NCBI GenBank assembly: GCA_051362555.1
Contig: CM120643.1
Span: 27,904,848-27,968,847, forward strand
Source: Lingula anatina
Lineage: Eukaryota; Animalia; Brachiopoda
Length of the DNA stretch: 64,000 nucleotides
Direction: 5' to 3'
Both the position numbers and the translations under genes were made by a program. Each line of letters opens with the position of its first letter. The stretch's first letter is position 1. Below are positions 13,384 through 26,049 of the stretch, piece by piece. The notes below the pieces were generated by a model that saw nothing but the letters and a program-made list of their open reading frames with translations, was not told where the DNA came from and ran no database searches.

Positions 13384-15107
13384 TGCTGCTGGATGATTTT
13401 GCAGACAAGATCTGGAGCTATTTCAAAGCAAAGTCCATTTGCTTGTCTTTAACGGGCATTTTCGCATCGATACAACTAACCAAGTTCCATAGTATTATAA
13501 GACGACACATATTTCACCCTTCAAATTTTCTGGACTATATTTAACATGCAAATGCAAGCCCCAGTGACTGGGACATAAATGTACATGTGGCTTTTTGGTT
13601 CACATTGACCAGTAAAAGATTAATAATATAATACCACTATGTATATATATTTATTGCTTACCTTTAAATTATTCAGTATCTTTTAGTGGATGGTCACTTA
13701 AGATAAATCTAGATGATATATTGGAGCATGTGGTTCGGGTTCCTCATTTTTGTTACAGACTCAACAAAACTCATCTTGGAATTCATTTTACAACCTTATA
13801 TTACGGTACCTTTTTATTATCTTCTGTCGCCAAATTAGCACCGGAAAATTACTTTTGAGCCCCCAGAATAGTACCATTTTACCTAATACAAGCCCACAGT
13901 TCAAAGGTTATATATTACACCAAATTATTAAAATAGCGGCATGCAACCAACACTTGGTTTTGATCAAAATTATGGCTAACAATTATCCTCATGCGGTCAA
14001 AGATGTATTATTTTGCTTTAATGCAGCCATTTTGTTTGCTGACACTTGTTTTATAGATCGGGCAAAAGCAGTTTTGCACTAATTGGATTACTAATTGTAC
14101 ATATAAACTGCAGGCCCATGTGGCGACTGAATCCTATATTTATTTGGAGGCTTATAAAAGTTTCTATTTACATTTTATGAAACTGAAAATGCATTCTGCA
14201 CCAGGAAATAATCAAAAATGACGTATGGCACGCTTATGAAGGTGTGATAGTTTCAAAATGGTGAATAATGCTCAATTTGAAAATGGCGTATGAGGGTCAT
14301 CTTGGATTTGAGGCACAAACTTGATGAAACAAATAATGTATTCTGCACCAGAAAATAATATAAAACGACGTATTACTCATTTACAAAGATGTAATACATA
14401 TAGTTTCAAAATAGCGAATTATGCCCAATTTCAAAATGGTTTTTGGCGGCCATCTTGGATTTGAGGGACAAAATGGCCACAATGGCCTCCATAATGGTAA
14501 AAATGAGTTTTTTGCTCATAATTTAGTCCATTATGGATAGTATATAACAAAAAATTGCATTGAGATATATTTGAATACGGGTTATCAATATCCATGGTTT
14601 TGCAGTCTTCACACATATCTTGGTAGGCACTTAAATCACCCTCTTTGTTTCTTCAAATCACCTACTATCACCATAACAATATCAAAAATGACTTTTGCAC
14701 CCCCAAAATAGTAGGAATTGATATATATATCAAGTATAGTTAGACCAAACGCTTCAAAATTCAACATAAAATAGCAAAATTATGTCCATTTTCAAAATGG
14801 TGGGTGGCGGCCATCTTGGATTTGAGGCACAAAATGGCCACCAATTGCTTCCAAATGATCAAAAATGGGTTCCTTGTCCCTTATTTAGTCAGGTTTGATA
14901 ATCTACACATGTTTCTAGGCCAAAAATTAATGGAAATATGAAATATTATATATTTTGGCACATAATTTGCATAATTTATGCTAATTAATGTATCGATAGA
15001 GGGCGTCTCTTTGGATAAAAAATTTTCTTTTGGCCCAAGGTACATTTATGCCAAGTTAGACATTTGTACTATAAAATGCAGCGTTTGACCTCTTAACAAG
15101 CCTACTA
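11364..15107. mobile_element. Non-autonomous long-TIR DNA transposon, Academ-like
   Basis: Termini TAGTAGGCTTGTTAAG...CTTAACAAGCCTACTA, 3-bp TSD ATT (11361-11363, 15108-15110), ~800-bp near-identical inverted arms (11364-~12160 vs ~14326-15107), ~360-bp subrepeats with CAAGATGGCCGCC; no intact transposase ORF. Confidence 0.8.
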
Positions 15108-15334
15108 ATTGTTCTACAGTACGTGGGTCGATCCAACTTAGCGGGGACTCTGAGACAATGAGATATGCAGTTTAACACGCATCCTCTTCTTTCCAATATA
15201 CTAGTATAAACGTAGCTTTTCTGTATTTTACTCAACGCCAACTGTTAATCTGCAGCTGACTGCATTCAGCGAGAGTCCCCGTGGAGTTGGATTGATCTAC
15301 GTAGAACAGTACTTTCATTGGGAATAAGCCTTAA

Positions 15335-15560
15335 GACCCCATTCCCATAGATTTTAGATCGATCTATCCCCGTGGGGAGTCTCACTAGATTACTGTGAGC
15401 TTAGCCGGCTTAAGCGTCTGTCCCGCCTACTAAAAACTGTAAGGGGGTAATTAACTATGGTGCGCGCTCGTCTGACTGCAATTTAGCGTGAACCCCCAGG
15501 GAGTTAGGTTGATGTAAATCTAAATATCTGGATCGATCTAAATCTCTGGGAATGCACCTT
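15335..15560. mobile_element. Palindromic MITE (CATTCCCA..GATCGATC family); related copies ~25095-25325 and ~53990-54255
   Basis: Inverted ends CATTCCCATAGATTTTAGATCGATC / GATCGATCTAAATCTCTGGGAATG flanked by TTAA; absent at the paralogous site near 31771. Confidence 0.7.
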
Positions 15561-16808
15561 TAATCCTTTCTCTTGTTACATTTGTGCTTTTAGATTTTTG
15601 CTACTTGATAAGTAATAGATCCAGTCTTTGTTTCCTGCAAACCCTTGTAATCTTTTGATGGAGCGTTTTTATATTGCACGACCTGGAGCTTGACGTCAAA
15701 CTCCGGACGCCTCTTTTTTCAGCAATAGATTTAAATTAATAATTAAATTTAAATCTTTAATTACATACTTGACCAATTATTTGTCGTGTATTTCTTTTAT
15801 TGTATTGATAAAATATTCGGTTTAATTGCGCTGATCAACTTTCTGTAGGCATAATAATGGACTGAGTGTCAAAGTGTGCAGTAGTCTTTTAATTTTAGAT
15901 TTGGGCAGTTGGGCAAAATGAAATTAAATTATAGTTTATTTTGTTTCAGAACTCTGATTGAGGTAGCCCCATACATGTATTGTTAGTAAAATAATGAAAT
16001 GAACGACAAATGATGCAGTAGATCTCCTTATTTTTATATTTCGGCAGTTGGGCAAAATGAAAAAAGGTTGTGGTGAATTTTGTTTAAGAAGTCTAAAATT
16101 CTGAACTTGGTTTTACAACCTTTTCATACTACTCGATTCAGATCACGTGCATACAGAGTACTTCACAATCTAGAAATAAAATCACAAACAAACCCCAATA
16201 TTTAATTGAAGGCCGATAATTTATTTGCAGACAGCAATTACAATATAACATGTACAGAACTCTGTGAAGAAGAAATAATTAGATGTCATAAGTCAAGAGT
16301 GTGATTATTGTTCTGTGAATACAGACGTGAAAATATTAAAATATAGCTAAAAACATTTTAGACGCATTTGGAATTGCTGAAAGGCATTTAGGTGCCTTAA
16401 AACATTGAGATTAAAAAAAAAACGCGTAAGAATGTAACTCTCTTCAATACGTTTTTCACATCTGAATATAATTAATAAAAGGAATCAATTTGCATCTGGT
16501 GCACTTCCTTTTCTCAGCACGCTTCGTTTTTCAAGGTCAATTTAAGCCTTGGAAATAGCGGCATCTCTGGAATATCAAATTGGAAACTCATCATTTATTA
16601 TCAAATACTCAAAAGTTATACTGGTGACACATGAAACAATACTGTCCAAAGTTAGTAAAGAAATAGTAAGAAACACTACACCACTCCAAGTTAGTAAAAT
16701 TTGAGAAACTCCTAAAATCGGACGTCTTTTAGCAAATGGCTATTTTTTTGTTCAAAAGCATGTTTGATGAAATAATTAGATGAATGCTAAATGATAGAAA
16801 ACCAGTCT

Positions 16809-17005
16809 GGTACAGGGGTCTATACGGTACACGGTACAAGGGTCTATACGGTACAGGGTACAGGGGTCCATACGGTACAGGGTACAGGGGTCCATACGGT
16901 ACAGGGCACAGGGGTCTATACGGTATACAGGGTACAGGGGTTTATACGGTACAGGGTACGGGGGGGTCTATACGGTATACAGGGTACTGGGGTCCATACG
17001 GTACA
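16809..17005. repeat. 24-bp minisatellite, ~8 copies
   Basis: Unit TACAGGGGTC(C/T)ATACGGTACAGGG. Confidence 0.9.
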
Positions 17006-17171
17006 TGTAACAACCCGGTGTCACTTTAAAATCACTACATCAAGTCACAAGCAAGGTCCAGTCACCATGCCGTATCAAGGCGGATGGTTGCAGGTATACG
17101 GGTGAAGCACAACGTTAAAAATGTTGATACAGCTGTGTGTTTAATCTTACCATGTAATAAGCGTCTCTTCT

Positions 17172-20100
17172 TTACCCGCCGAATTCAGGGTTTTCAGGGT
17201 TTTCGAGAATATTTCTGAGTTCGGCGTTTTCAGCCGGATTATCCTCTTCTTGCTGGACTTCAGCTGATCTCTTAGTCTTCGTGCACGTGCAGTAATAGTA
17301 TCTTCCTCCATTCCAACTGAAATGTATAAAAAGTCCTGACTCTTCTAACGCATATCCCACCTACATTCCATTTGAATTTTAATGAAACGTAATTAAGCGA
17401 CGCGTTTCACCCAAAACTGGTGTAAACTAGAAATGCTAAATACTAACTAGTATCTTGAAATAAAGAAGATTGCATTTTTCTATCCAAAATTGAAGACAAT
17501 TTGGTGTTATACCCCCGTCACACTAGAGGCGGAATAAACAAGAATGCCGTCGGAAAGACAATTCTGCGTGCGTTCCTGGATATTCCAAGAGCATTCTAAA
17601 ATTTCCGAGTGCATTCCAAATATTTGTATCCATTCTTGTGGCCTGCCCGAATGTTTTGCTAATGTTAAAAAAATTCGAAGTGCATTCCAAGTGGAAAATT
17701 AACGCATGGCATTTGAATAGTATTCTAACTGCACTATGACTGCATTCTTAATATTCTCACGGCATTCCGACAGCATTCGAAACATTCTGATCACATTCGA
17801 GGAAGAACCTCAAGACACTTCAAATCCTGCTAGAATGAGCCAGAATGCAACTCGAATGCATCTCGATCCTATTTCAGCCAGCAATCGAACTACACTCGTA
17901 CGGCATTAGAAGTGTATTCTAAATATTCTGACTGTATTCTGACAGCATTATAGATATTCCTAGTTTTCCAACTACATTCGAGCTGCATTTGAGAGCTAAT
18001 ACAACCGAAATGTGCACGAATCATTCCAGGCGGATTCAAGTGCATTCTGAGTATTCCAACGGCATTTTTACAAGTATTTAGGTCAATTTGAAATTTCTTC
18101 CCGAATGTAATACGAATTTTTTAAATTTAGTCATCCCGGCTGGTTCTGCTTGATTCCTGATGATTCCGAATAAGTGTGACGGGGGCTTTAATAATAATAG
18201 CAAAGCATTATTTTATGATGATAATAATTCAAATTGTCAAGACAACTCAATTCCCGTTATTATTAGTTATTAATTTTTATATCTATATCTATAGTGTCCT
18301 GGACATATGATATACATACAACATTGGTCAAAAAGGTTTTCCCACCTTCAGTATCATGTGCTTTTACTTATAAATGATCACATCACAGGTGAAGATTGTT
18401 ATAAATAGTGATTTTCATTACAGATACTATAACATGATAAGTGATACAGAAAATACAAACTATCGGTGAAGATATCAACATTTAATACCATTTATTCACA
18501 TTTATTACATGAACCCCCTCACATCCGACGTTTCACTGTGATTTTCACAGAGGTAAAGAAATGTCCATTAAATTGAAATGACACCAAATGTCACCAAATT
18601 TACACACATTTAGCATTAGGGTGTGCTCGTTAATGGCTCCTTGTCTAATAGCGTTTGTGTTTACCGCGTACTGTAATTACTTCCTGTAGGTGGCGTGGCC
18701 TGCCTTCAACAGGGGTAACAATTCTGTTATATGGGATATTGTCCCATTCTTCCTAAAGAGCTTGGGGGAGTTGGTCCAGATTACTAGGAATTTGGTCTTA
18801 ATTTCCTTTCCATTGCACATTTCAATTCATGCCACAGATGTTTAGTAAGGTTAATAACATGGCTCAAAGGTGGTTGCTCTATCCTCTGAACATTGGATTT
18901 CTGCAACAAATCACTCAGCAGACGAGAGTAGTGAGCACGTGCATTTCCACAATGAAATCTGGTAGTTTTGGGGTAACTGAACCTAACATTCTCAACTGAT
19001 ACCTCATTCCATCTGCAAGAGGGGACTTCGGGGGTGATCCAGGCTTCATCATGACAGCACACTTGCACACAGTTCTCATGTGGTGAGTGATTTGTTGCAG
19101 AAACCCAATGTTCTGAGACTGGAGAAACCATCTTTGAATCCTGATAATAAACCTACTGAGAACCCGTGGCATGAATTAAAGTGTGCAATCCAGAGGAGAA
19201 CCAAACCCCAACTGGTCCTGACCAATTCCGCCAAGCTTTTTTAGGAAACATGAGGCAAAATCCCACAAAACAGAATTGTTACCCCTGTTGAAGGAGCAAA
19301 TTACAGTCCGCGGTAGCCACACACGCTAATTAACCTTTTTCATCTTTTGCGGAAATACGAAGTGCGCATGACAGGAACTGCGCGCCACAGGGGTCATGGT
19401 AGTCCTCTGCTGTTTGCAGCATGGCAATGCTAGGTGTAGATGATGTACAAGGTGCGCATATAAAAAGGTCGTATGAAGCGAGCATTGCTTTCTGTCAAAC
19501 TAAAAAGGTGGCTGAAGCACAGAAATGCGTAAACTGTAGGCAAGAAACAGCTATAGCTATTTGGGCGGAGAATCAAGCAATTAAATGTTTTCTTGCTCAG
19601 TTTAAATACGATGCGCTGTACAACAAGACTTCACCTAAGCGTCCGAGCCTTGGCTGCACTTTCAATAGTGATGACGAACTAAAGCTTCAGAGTTCTTTTG
19701 AATGCTTCTGATAATAAAGATATGCGAAAGAGACTCGTTATTTTTTTATATATAAAATCAAAATAGCCAGTAGACTCGTACACAGCTTTCAAGAGTGTGG
19801 ACAGGTGCGTAGGCCCACATGTACGTCTTCACAATATTACATGTATATATGCAAGCTGTGGCGATATCACCTCATTTACCGGCAGTGTCAATTCTTTACG
19901 ATTTTTATGTCTTGTTTGAAGGATGCCTTAAGAGATTTTTGAAGTGATAAAATGAAAAGATTCCCTGCATTGTTTGACTCATACATACTGTGTATACAGG
20001 TAAAACTAACACGCAGATCGTTCGTCGGTGAACTGATTAAATCGTTTGGTACCTGATAAGGCATCAGGTGTTACTTGTTCAATTGTTCGGTAAGGGGGCG

Positions 20101-23100
20101 GCCACAACTACAACATTTCCTCTGTAATTAAAATCTTCTAATTTTAAGTGTTAAATAGGTGAGACAGGATATCTCGAGTCTTTCCCAGAAGATAATTGAA
20201 GTTTTCCGTGTCTTACTCCAGTATATGTAAAAAAATTATGACAGGTAAAACATGTCAGACTTTCGGTCTGACAAGTATGAAAATTTTGTCAAACTGAAAC
20301 AAAACCGTCAGGCAAAAACAAAATTATAGCAAGAGGCCAAATTATTTGATTTTTAAATGTTTTCAAGTATTTTAATCGTTTTTAATCAGAGACAATAAAA
20401 TCATTCAAATAAAGTGTTTTCCACACATTTCATACTTTTCAACTATCCAAGACAGTTAAATATATGTAGGCCTACTTTAATACTAAGCATACATTTATTT
20501 GTTTTACTTTACAAATACGTTGTTAGATTATTTTTATTATCCATTTTGTCATTACCATACATGTATTATATATATGTACGTGTAGCTTACAGAAAGGCTT
20601 TTCTGCATTTTTTGTAAATATATGCCCATTGAATTTTCCAATTCTCTTGTCATTGAGTTCAGAAATAAATAACTTTATTTTGTCGATAACGCGTTCAACA
20701 AGAGCCGATGTACTTTCTTCTTCGTATGTCTCTGTTGATCTTGATAATATGAGCCCCGTTTGTACAAATCAGTAATACGTAAACGGGACTGGATACATAA
20801 TAATAAAAATTTTATTAACGTCCCACTTGAAAAAAAAAAAAGAGAACCCACCCTACTAAGGGTAATGAGAGACTTAAACCTGTGATAGGCCATTTAAAAT
20901 GATCACTTATCAATAAAACACACAAAAAGGATATTACATACAAAACTTTTCAAACCTTCTCTTTGTTGTTACACAAAAAGTCGTGAAAGGTCTTGAATTT
21001 TTTGTAAGTAGAATCCCCGTGTAAAACTTCACAGCTTTTACTTTTTGTTTCCATAATCTCGTGCTTGAAGTCTTTTCTTTATTTTTAGGCCCCGGCCTAT
21101 TCTTCAATTTTTTCTTCTGATCTTTATAATATTTTTTTCTCGCATTGTTTACCCCCGAGTTCTTTTGCCGATAGTTCGTTATATATCTGTTGATTAACTA
21201 AGCATTTCTGTTTTTTATTAAAGCATCGTTGATCTTCTAATATAATAGTTTTCCTTCCCGCCTTCGAAATGTTCAGCGCAAACGCGGTGCCTTGCTTTTG
21301 ATCCAAACATGCTATATATTCCTTTCTTTCTACCATAATTTTCATTCTTACGGGTTTGTTGGGAACTTATCAAACCTCATGTGTCGATCTCGCTTACTGT
21401 TATTGTAGCAGCGGGACAAAAAGCACGTAAACCCAGCCATGGTTTTTAGGACCGCTGTAAGTGTTTCGATGTATCAGGGCTCCCCTACCCACAATGCAAT
21501 TTCCATTTCCGGAAAAGATGAAAAAGGTCAATAGACACGTGACCTTTAACGAGCACACCCTAATACTACATGTCTGTAAATTTGGTGACTTTTGGTGGTG
21601 TCTTTTCAATTTAATGGGCACTTTTTTACCTCTATGGAAATGACAGTGGAACATCGGATGTGAGGGGGTACATGTAATAAATGTGAATAAATGGTATTAA
21701 ATATACATATCTTAACCGATACTTAGTATTTTCTGTACCAATAATCATGTTAGTTATGGTATCTGTAATGAAAGTCACCATTCATAGCAATTAGCACCTG
21801 TGGTGTGATCATTTATAAATAAAAGCACATGAAACTGGGGGTGGGACAACCTTTTTGACCTATGTTGTATATTAGATACTAACGGTATGTTGTAATAGCC
21901 ACTGTAAGTCGGGCCGCAATCTTTCCTACACCCGCCTTTGCAAGCACAACCGAAAATGTTACACTTTCCGTATCCGCAGTATGGAGTTGTCTGAAACACC
22001 AAAGACCTTAAATACCAATATGATTCCTAAGACGTACCGGTACACAGGTTGGCTAAGGTTTGACATTGATGGCAGTTCTAGGAATGGAAGTACGGGTCCC
22101 ATATGATAAGTACAGGTTAAGCATCGGTTACAACCGGCCGTACGGGCTCTTACGCGCTGTTTGCATCTAAAATTTGCGCAGAATTTCACGTCCCACGCAA
22201 GTCCTTCTTACGCAATTTCGAGTTAGCAGACAGCCCGTAAGCACGTAAAGAAGATGTTGGACATGTCCAAAGGATTCTAGGAATAGCCTGCGAACAGTGA
22301 GGCCGCAAGCGTAACTTGCTCCCCTCGAAAGGAGTTAGCAAGAGAGATGCGCGTTTTGCAAGACGCACGTCGCAAGCAATAAAGGAGCAAGTGCCCTTTG
22401 CGTGTTGAGTAAGGCGCACGCCCTCACAACTAACGAACAAAGTCTAGAGCACACCGGGAATGTGTCGCACGTGCGTCACCCCCACGTCTGGTGTATAAAA
22501 GGCGTGCTCACGACGCACGCTCGTGTCTTTACAATGAACGTCGGCTGAGAAACGTGTTCAACAATTTTCAAAATTTTCAAATTTTTGTCAGTTAAGTTTC
22601 TAATATGTCTCCAAAAGGCAAGAAAAAAGAAGCTTGCCTAGTAGAAAAAGGGTGAAGGAAGAAGAAAGAAGAGGAGAACAGGAAGCAAAACTGACGTACG
22701 CCGTCAGTACGTCACTGCAAACGTGTGAGGCAAGTGTGAAGCAAAACTGACGCAAAAGGGCACTACTTTCGCCGTGCGTGGTATTCCCTTCGTAAGTAGT
22801 GAGTGTGTGCCACGTACAAACTCAAGAAATTAGTACAATTTCTACGGCCATCGCTCCTTGCAATTAGCGTCCCTGCTCGAAAGGACATCTCATGGCCCTT
22901 GCGACTCGCAAGGCAGACTTTCCTCTACCTCTACGACCTCCACGTATCCGCAACACCCAAAAATCGCAGGGGACGTACGATCCTGAAATTAGTGCGTCCG
23001 GTTATGACCGAGGCTTTGGGGTTAGTCGGAGTATTTGGTCTGTTTAGTATATGGGACGAATGTCACCTGTACAATGTAATGGGGAACCAACTATGGTTCC

Positions 23101-24085
23101 TAGCGAACTACCATTCACCATACACCGGTAGCTTTGACTTGGTAACGTCTCAAATGTGCATTTTAAAACCCTTTACACTGGGCGGCGTCCTTTCTGCGTT
23201 CTGTGTGCGACCATGAAACTGGCATCGTTGTGGTCGTGAAAAGGTTTGCAATATGAATGCTCAATGATCAGTCTCTTGTCGGTACGTAAAGTATTATTAT
23301 TTTTTTAAGCGGTACTACGGGACGCAGAAAGGACGCCGTCCAGTGTAAAAGGCGCTTTACTAACGATGACTAAACTAAAAATCTGTTCAAAGTGATATTC
23401 AAAGTAATGCCGATATAGTTATTTGATGGTGAAAAGACAGATTTCAGACACCAAATTAGTGGGCATAAATTTTACCAAACACTGTATGCTTACAGCAACC
23501 AAGTTAACGATGGAGAGTGAGTGCGTTGAAATAGTCACAAAGTTTAAGCTAGTGGTTGTTGCTTTAACTTAAGTGTGCCGAATACGAACAATCTTCTCAT
23601 CCTCTGATACCTCTAAAAATAGCATATAAAATTAAAGTAAAGGGGATGGAATAATTTTTAAGAGACAACTAGCGGACCGACCCTGTCAGAGGGTGCAATC
23701 TTAGCCGACTAGACGACAAGGGGCCATCCCCTGGGAAAATATGTCTCAATTAACGTTCACTTACGGTTCTCAGTCTGTTCTAGAACATTTGGTGTATTTT
23801 TGTACAGTTCCAATGAATGTAACAGTTCGAGAAGTGTTTTGGGAAGTCCTTCAGAATGTCCTTGAACAGATTAAGAACATTTTTCATTATAATCTAGGAC
23901 AGATTGAGAACCGTAAGTGACCGTTAAGTGAGACAATTTTTCGCAGGGGATGAACTTATGCTTACCTCTGTACAGTCCGCACACCAGCCGCGCTCCACCG
24001 ATTTACAGCACACTGCCTGGGTTTCTTTAACCACGGTCACTGTCACCATGGCAACGGCAAGTAAGGTGACGAGATAGCCAGCCAT
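17172..24085 (-). CDS. Mytimycin/Diedel-like 12-Cys prepropeptide, copy A (123 aa)
   Basis: Exons 24085-23966, 21990-21884, 17316-17172 (phases 0, 2; donors GTAAGC, GTTAGT). Protein MAGYLVTLLAVAMVTVTVVKETQA-VCCKSVERGWCADCTETTPYCGYGKCNIFGCACKGGCRKDCGPTYSGYYNIPWNGGRYYYCTCTKT-KR-SAEVQQEEDNPAENAELRNILENPENPEFGG*; same exon junctions as copy C. Confidence 0.9.
17510..18187. mobile_element. PIF/Harbinger-type non-autonomous element in intron 2 of copy A
   Basis: TIR (TA/AG)CCCCCGTCACACT, TSD TTA, empty site near 42426; same family as 33641-41719 in opposite orientation. Confidence 0.8.
18319..21867. mobile_element. Foldback (fully palindromic) Tc1/mariner-derived element, interrupted by a nested insertion
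   Basis: TA TSD, TIR CAACAT(T/A)GGTCAAAAAGGTT; left arm 18319-~18960 is the inverse of ~19050-19330 plus ~21530-21867; both arms carry degraded transposase C-termini (INLTKHLWHELK; NPDNKPTENPWHELK, cf. SPDLNPIENLW). Confidence 0.8.
19331..21530. mobile_element. Degenerate ISL2EU/Harbinger-type transposon with THAP-domain transposase relic
   Basis: TIR ACCTTTTTCATCTTTT / AAAAGATGAAAAAGGT; minus strand from ATG 21440 reads MAGFTCFLSRCYNNSKRD..FP...W and, after a frameshift, HRVCAEHFEGGK (THAP), then VKFYTG and KFLLLCIQSRLRITDL (HTH-like); convergent ORF remnant 19421-19711. Confidence 0.7.
22120..23015. mobile_element. Harbinger-like non-autonomous element in intron 1 of copy A
   Basis: TIR AGCATCGGTTACAACCGG / CCGGTTATGACCGAGGCT; absent from copies B and C. 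Confidence 0.65.
23165..23358. mobile_element. MITE shared by all three peptide-gene copies (also ~27932-28150 and ~45573-45795)
   Basis: Inverted ends CTTTACACTGG(G/A)CGGCGTCCTT / AAGGACGCCGTCCAGTGTAAA. Confidence 0.7.
23728..23949. mobile_element. CACTA/EnSpm-type MITE (CCC..GGG termini, 2-bp TSD AT), next to the copy A exon donor
   Basis: ~55-bp inverted ends CCCCTGGGAAAATATGTCTCA... / ...TGAGACAATTTTTCGCAGGGG; empty site GTCCATGA in copies B and C. Confidence 0.75.
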
Positions 24086-24556
24086 CGTCTGAAACCATTC
24101 AAAGATTGGACGCTGTTCAAGTGTACCGTTTAGACTCGTGTTTTAGTATGAAAACTGATGCTCACGACTAAAAAGTGCGAAAGTTTTCTTTCCCTACGGC
24201 CAAGTTTTCATAATCATGATAAAAATATATAGAATGTCCAGATATAGATTAAAAAGAAAATGTGTACATGTGCTCTCAAATGGACGTCAAACAATCTTCA
24301 AAAACTTATAATTACTAAAACACTGAAAATATTCCATGTGCAGAGGCCATTCATTGTCATGCAAATGATCGAGTATATATGCAGAATATGCACTGTTCTA
24401 CGCCTTGAATCTTTACGCCCAACAAGCGCTAGCATAAATACGATCCAATCTAATCGCAAAATAATCGCAAAATCCTCCACTCAATATACCAATAATATAT
24501 TTGAGACAGTGACCATAATATGCAAAGGTTTACCTTTCAAATAACCGAAAACTTAC

Positions 24557-24665
24557 CGGTGAATAAATCTTCAGAATGTCGAGAGTGGAGCTGAGAAAAC
24601 TGCTGAACACAAGTCTACCGTACGGAGAAAGTGAGACGACTGGTACTCCGTAAGCTCTTATATAA
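24557..24665 (-). promoter_or_regulatory. TATA box, initiator and non-coding exon 1 of peptide gene copy A
   Basis: TATATAA at ~24659-24665, TCACTT initiator-like motif ~30 nt downstream, donor CCG|GTAAGT after 24557 (conserved at 29325 and 46988), acceptor tttcag before 24088. Confidence 0.6.
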
Positions 24666-26049
24666 TTGAGAAAATGCAGGATAGGTTGTGCATACGCTTA
24701 TGAGCTGTGTCTCAATCTACTGGTCGTATTAGACATCTTCAAAAGATCAACATCAAAAATCAAACCCTTTTGTTTCACTGTGATATCAAACATGAAAGGA
24801 ACGAAGAAAAATAAATGTCTTGCGAAGATTCTGGTTGTCTGTTGGCACGTTCAGACTTAATGCAACTTAAACCGAATGACGTCACCAGTAATTATAACTC
24901 AGGTTTTATTGTGTGTCTCTGTGGTATCTGGTCTACGTCTTTAAGACGTCTTTACGTTAGATCAGGTCTGGAAGAAGCCTTCGCTGAGTTGTGTTTGTTG
25001 GGAAGCTAAACGGGTCATAACAGCGATCTGCTTGTGGACATAAATTGTATATATCAAAGTAAGGTTGTCCTGGGAGACGTAGATCAGATACCATAGGGAC
25101 CAATTTCAGAACCTATCGTATTTAATATAGATTGATCTATCTCCTTGGGGGTTCTCGTTAAGTTGCAATCAACTTAAGCGGCTTAGAAGTCTGTCACGCC
25201 TACTGATGCTGCTATGGGGTAATTAATTATCATTAAGAAGATTTAGTAGGCATGCCAAACATCTAAGCCACCTAAGCTCGGAGACGGTTCGAGCCTGTTA
25301 GATCGATCTAGGCATGGGACACAGTCACATACCCTAGGTTCTAGATTCCGGTATTGCCAGCTCGATCTTGATTTCATGTATAACCCATATCAGCAATACC
25401 GGCTGTAGCGAACACCATATTTGGAAGTCACAATAAAGTCTAGTACGTCACAGCTTTGTCCCCCTGGAGCTCCCATATTTGGAAGTCATGTCTCGTACGT
25501 CACAGCTTTGCCCGCCTGGAGCTGCCTTTCCCGCCTTGCGCTGATGTTATCTCTTGCAGACGAGACAAGAAGCAAAGTGGCTGACGTGGAGTTGGAAGTT
25601 TTAACTAAGAATATCTTGCAGTCGAAGGTCAGTACCACAACAAAAGCAACATTCTGCTTTACAAACTGATTTTGGTGTAGCCATTACGCAGCCCTTATAG
25701 TGGTATCGGGTGTAGCTGTCAAACTTGGCACACGTCAAGCACGTGTATTGTGTTTATACAGACTTGACATTTAATATGGAATATTTCTTTCCAAATCACT
25801 TTTCATCAAATTTTTCCTATTTAGCTGACTGATAAATGAAAATAGGGATTAAAATCGTGTTTTAATAACTTTTAATGATCTCTTTGATGTCATTGTGACA
25901 TCAGTTCATTAATTGAATTCGCCCGTGAAATGTCATACAATAACCATTAAAATCGGTATTTTGGATCTCCATATTTTAAAAATTACACGCCCCACAAAGG
26001 ACTCTCATGTCAGTGTCTAGTCACAGCTACGGTCGCTGTTACGCCTGAC

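Larger units (their letters stand above)
15260..25080. repeat. Segmental duplication unit A, paralogous to ~31700-47420 (unit C)
   Basis: 15260-17000 aligns with 31700-33345, 17010-17500 with 41970-42430, and 23100-25080 with 45510-47420, apart from copy-specific TE insertions. Confidence 0.85.

Noticed and set aside
17172-17316. EF-hand in the peptide C-terminal extension, as in mussel mytimycin
   Set aside because: The tail is only 31 aa (A) or 15 aa (C) and has no DxDxDG loop
21775-21883. Read-through C-terminus for peptide exon 2 (LVSNIQH...; likewise 42748-42829)
   Set aside because: Both copies share a GTTAGT donor here, the read-through runs into a transposon in A, and phase-matched third exons complete an even 12-Cys set
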